Source: Dipteris shenzhenensis (lineage: Eukaryota). Taken from it: a stretch of 64,000 bases of DNA. Shown here piece after piece: positions 62,801 to 64,000 of this stretch (position 1 is the stretch's first letter; each line of letters opens with the position of its first letter). Position numbers and translations under genes: made by a program. The DNA lies in NCBI GenBank assembly GCA_047967505.1, contig CM106538.1; one strand, written 5' to 3'. The notes below the pieces were generated by a model, which was not told the origin of the DNA, made no database searches, and was given only the letters and a program-made list of their open reading frames with translations.

Positions 62801-63866
62801 GATTCTAAGTTGTAAACGAACTTGTAGGAAATATTTGAATTAACTTATTAGTAATCTGTTTACTTTGTTTTTCTCCGTACTTCAAAAAGACAGATGGAGA
62901 TATCTAAAGCAACCATCACTTTGATCAAAAGTAACTTTTTAAGATTCTATGCTTAATAAACACAATACAGTCCTTTCACCCCTCAGCCACCACTAGTTGC
63001 GAGTACACAAACCGCTATACTCGCCCCAGAAAATTATAAGAGAAGGTTGCTAGCTCATTGCAAACAAGCATTGATAACATAAGGCACCTGCTCACATTTT
63101 CATGGTTTAGAGAAAAATCTGATGCAGGATGCATGAAGTCTACCTTTAACGTCTAGAAGTTCTACGAATATACATTGTAAGGGTCTGACTGCACATTAAT
63201 ACAAGATCTTTCGTAATCCAACAACAAGACAAGGACAGGAAGCTGTGTTGATAGAACTGTTCATGCATATATATATATATATATATCTATATATATATAT
63301 ATCTATATATATATATATATCTATATATATGTACAGTTAATGATATCCCATTTGAACAAGCATTACGTGTATTACAGAAGACTTGCCCAAGACACTTACC
63401 ATACCAATTCCAAAGCCATAAACTAATCTTTCAATAAGCAAGAAAGTGAAGTTAGGTGCTCCAATGTACTGTGAAGAATATCCAATTTGAGAGTGAGGAG
63501 ATGTATTACAGAGGACTAGGTACTTACCACACCAATTCCGAAACCATAAACTAATCTTCCAATGATCAAGACAGCAAAGTTAGGCGCTCCAGCCATCAAT
63601 ATGGCTCCAAGCATAAAGAAAACTGCAGCAGTAAGCAACTCCCTTCGGCGACCTTCATAATTTTCCCAACAAATTATTTTTTAGACTATTTGCCTCAATT
63701 TATATTGAGTAACAACATGACATAAATTTTGATGCTACCAATTTCAAATTGAAACAAATATGCAAAGGACAGGTATCTCTTATTGGATTTGAGGAAAACC
63801 TAGAAAATCTGCTACATTGAAGGCCAAGACAGACCCTGCAAGTGCTCCATAAAGTGATCCACTTTT
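35695..63866 (-). CDS. VGT: MFS sugar transporter, vacuolar glucose transporter (VGT)/D-xylose-proton symporter-like; 5'-partial spliced CDS, 10 exons in window
   Basis: Exons join(63800-63866,63528-63652,56107-56208,55657-56022,55512-55559,55280-55342,52461-52541,52179-52277,51698-51835,35695-35826). All junctions are GT-AG; total 1221 nt, open frame to TGA. Sugar-porter/VGT motifs: [79 protein letters not shown]. Confidence 0.93.
36860..37130 (+). mobile_element. Gypsy integrase C-terminal fragment
   Basis: [18 protein letters not shown]...SRIHN.FHVS. Confidence 0.7.
37150..38000 (-). mobile_element. L1-like AP endonuclease remnant
   Basis: RARLD and GLSDH motifs on the minus strand near 37600-37660. 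Confidence 0.5.
39060..39310 (+). mobile_element. Gypsy gag zinc knuckle and protease fragment
   Basis: [15 protein letters not shown] (CX2CX4HX4C) and [16 protein letters not shown]. Confidence 0.65.
40690..41240 (-). mobile_element. Gypsy RT/RNase H fragment
   Basis: [13 protein letters not shown]...[39 protein letters not shown]. Confidence 0.8.
42588..42900. repeat. 57-bp minisatellite (about 4 full units plus derived units)
   Basis: Unit tagaaagagaatgtgttacaactttgtgttacaactcctacatacgacttctaca(t/c)(a/g). Confidence 0.9.
42945..47666 (+). mobile_element. Chromodomain-bearing Ty3/Gypsy retrotransposon, defective; 5' LTR not found
   Basis: gag knuckle [14 protein letters not shown], protease [24 protein letters not shown], partial RNase H, integrase C-terminus YYGPFRV, chromodomain [12 protein letters not shown]; polypurine tract at ~46736-46749; 3' LTR 46750-47666. 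Confidence 0.92.
46750..47666 (+). repeat. 3' LTR of the chromovirus
   Basis: TG start directly after the polypurine tract; ends ...TTAACA; AATAAA inside; end inferred because no second LTR is available. Confidence 0.7.
48417..48649. repeat. ~233-bp dispersed non-coding repeat, copy B
   Basis: Aligns with 11731-11963; sits among Copia gag remnants in the last VGT intron. Confidence 0.9.
49009..51480 (+). mobile_element. Truncated Gypsy: 5' LTR (~49009-49775), primer-binding site, leader and decayed gag
   Basis: ...TTTCA then TGGTATTAGAGC (49777-49788); gag [32 protein letters not shown]...PSTLKE; LTR start inferred. Confidence 0.7.
51698..51835 (-). CDS. VGT: VGT-like exon ([21 protein letters not shown]...FAFSPLE)
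   Basis: tttcag acceptor, GTAAAT donor, 138 nt. Confidence 0.9.
52179..52277 (-). CDS. VGT: VGT-like exon ([13 protein letters not shown]...LLLYVGSYQ)
   Basis: atgcag acceptor, GTAAGA donor, 99 nt. Confidence 0.9.
52461..52541 (-). CDS. VGT: VGT-like exon ([27 protein letters not shown])
   Basis: ctgcag acceptor, GTAAGA donor, 81 nt. Confidence 0.9.
53954..54284. repeat. Possible solo LTR
   Basis: TGTAGG...CCTACA inverted termini; no matching TSD seen. Confidence 0.35.
55280..55342 (-). CDS. VGT: VGT-like exon ([21 protein letters not shown])
   Basis: tacag acceptor, GTGAGA donor, 63 nt. Confidence 0.9.
55512..55559 (-). CDS. VGT: VGT-like exon ([16 protein letters not shown])
   Basis: ctcag acceptor, GTATAG donor, 48 nt. 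Confidence 0.9.
55657..56022 (-). CDS. VGT: VGT-like exon (LGYLVG...GWRIMY...LPSSPRW...GLVLFQQ)
   Basis: ttcgacag acceptor, GTGTGC donor, 366 nt. Confidence 0.92.
56107..56208 (-). CDS. VGT: VGT-like exon ([34 protein letters not shown])
   Basis: ggcag acceptor, GTAAGT donor, 102 nt. Confidence 0.92.
56483..57213 (+). repeat. Possible solo LTR
   Basis: TGTTAG start, TATAAA and AATAAA, ...AAACA end; no TSD. Confidence 0.4.
57220..57790 (+). mobile_element. LINE ORF1-like remnant
   Basis: NVLVRGL...AWRVGK...RPMKVRF...[13 protein letters not shown]. Confidence 0.55.
57950..59790 (-). mobile_element. RTE-like LINE ORF2 (RT) remnant
   Basis: [74 protein letters not shown]. Confidence 0.8.
59800..61787 (+). 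mobile_element. Copia 3' half (RT and RNase H) with polypurine tract and 3' LTR (61477-61740, terminal 44 bp duplicated to 61787)
   Basis: [53 protein letters not shown] polypurine tract; LTR TGTAGG...CCTACA. Confidence 0.9.
63267..63330. repeat. (TA)n microsatellite with TC interruptions
   Basis: Directly visible. Confidence 0.95.
63400..63468 (-). other. Tandem duplicate of the 3' half of VGT exon 63528-63652 (pseudo-exon or candidate cassette exon)
   Basis: [23 protein letters not shown] versus [21 protein letters not shown]; own GTAAGT donor, ttcttcacag acceptor, and duplicated downstream intron sequence. Confidence 0.75.
63528..63652 (-). CDS. VGT: VGT-like exon ([16 protein letters not shown]...[13 protein letters not shown])
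   Basis: AG acceptor, GTAAGT donor, 125 nt, phase 1 to 0. Confidence 0.9.
63800..63866 (-). CDS. VGT: VGT-like exon ([23 protein letters not shown])
   Basis: ttttgcag acceptor, GT donor, 67 nt, phase 0 to 1. Confidence 0.85.
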
Positions 63867-64000
63867 CTGCAAAATAACAAACCTGGCCTTAGAATTAGAT
63901 TTCTAATCAATCACCTTGTGTATCCTTAAGCATCAGTAAATAGCATGCAGTTCTTTAATCCTGATTCCTAATGCCAACCAAAGACCGATGCATACTTGCA

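Overview
Eukaryotic, land-plant-like genomic DNA: GT-AG introns, tRNA-iMet-primed LTR retrotransposons and very large TE-filled introns, which would fit a fern or another large-genome plant, though the species cannot be determined from sequence. One clear host gene is present: a minus-strand MFS sugar transporter of the VGT / D-xylose-proton-symporter-like family. Ten coding exons (35695-63866) splice into an open 406-aa frame, the 5' exons lie beyond the window end, and the introns reach 7.3 and 15.9 kb. The rest is mostly nested, decayed retroelements: a complete Copia copy with target-site duplication (TSD; 2822-8681) inside an older Copia, a non-autonomous LTR element (25539-28000), a chromodomain Gypsy (~42950-47666), and L1/Tx1-like and RTE-like LINEs. 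Highlights: (i) a decayed Penelope-like element of the CxC-linker (Naiad/Chlamys-type) group with a pseudo-LTR-like direct repeat; (ii) a ~120-nt structured motif in its 3' region that has the hammerhead ribozyme core in exact register but in a non-circularly permuted, pseudoknotted order; (iii) an array of covarying cUNCGg hairpins / palindromic W-boxes in a Gypsy LTR; (iv) a tandemly duplicated, in-frame candidate cassette exon in the transporter gene. All family assignments come from recognising motifs by eye; no database search was run.
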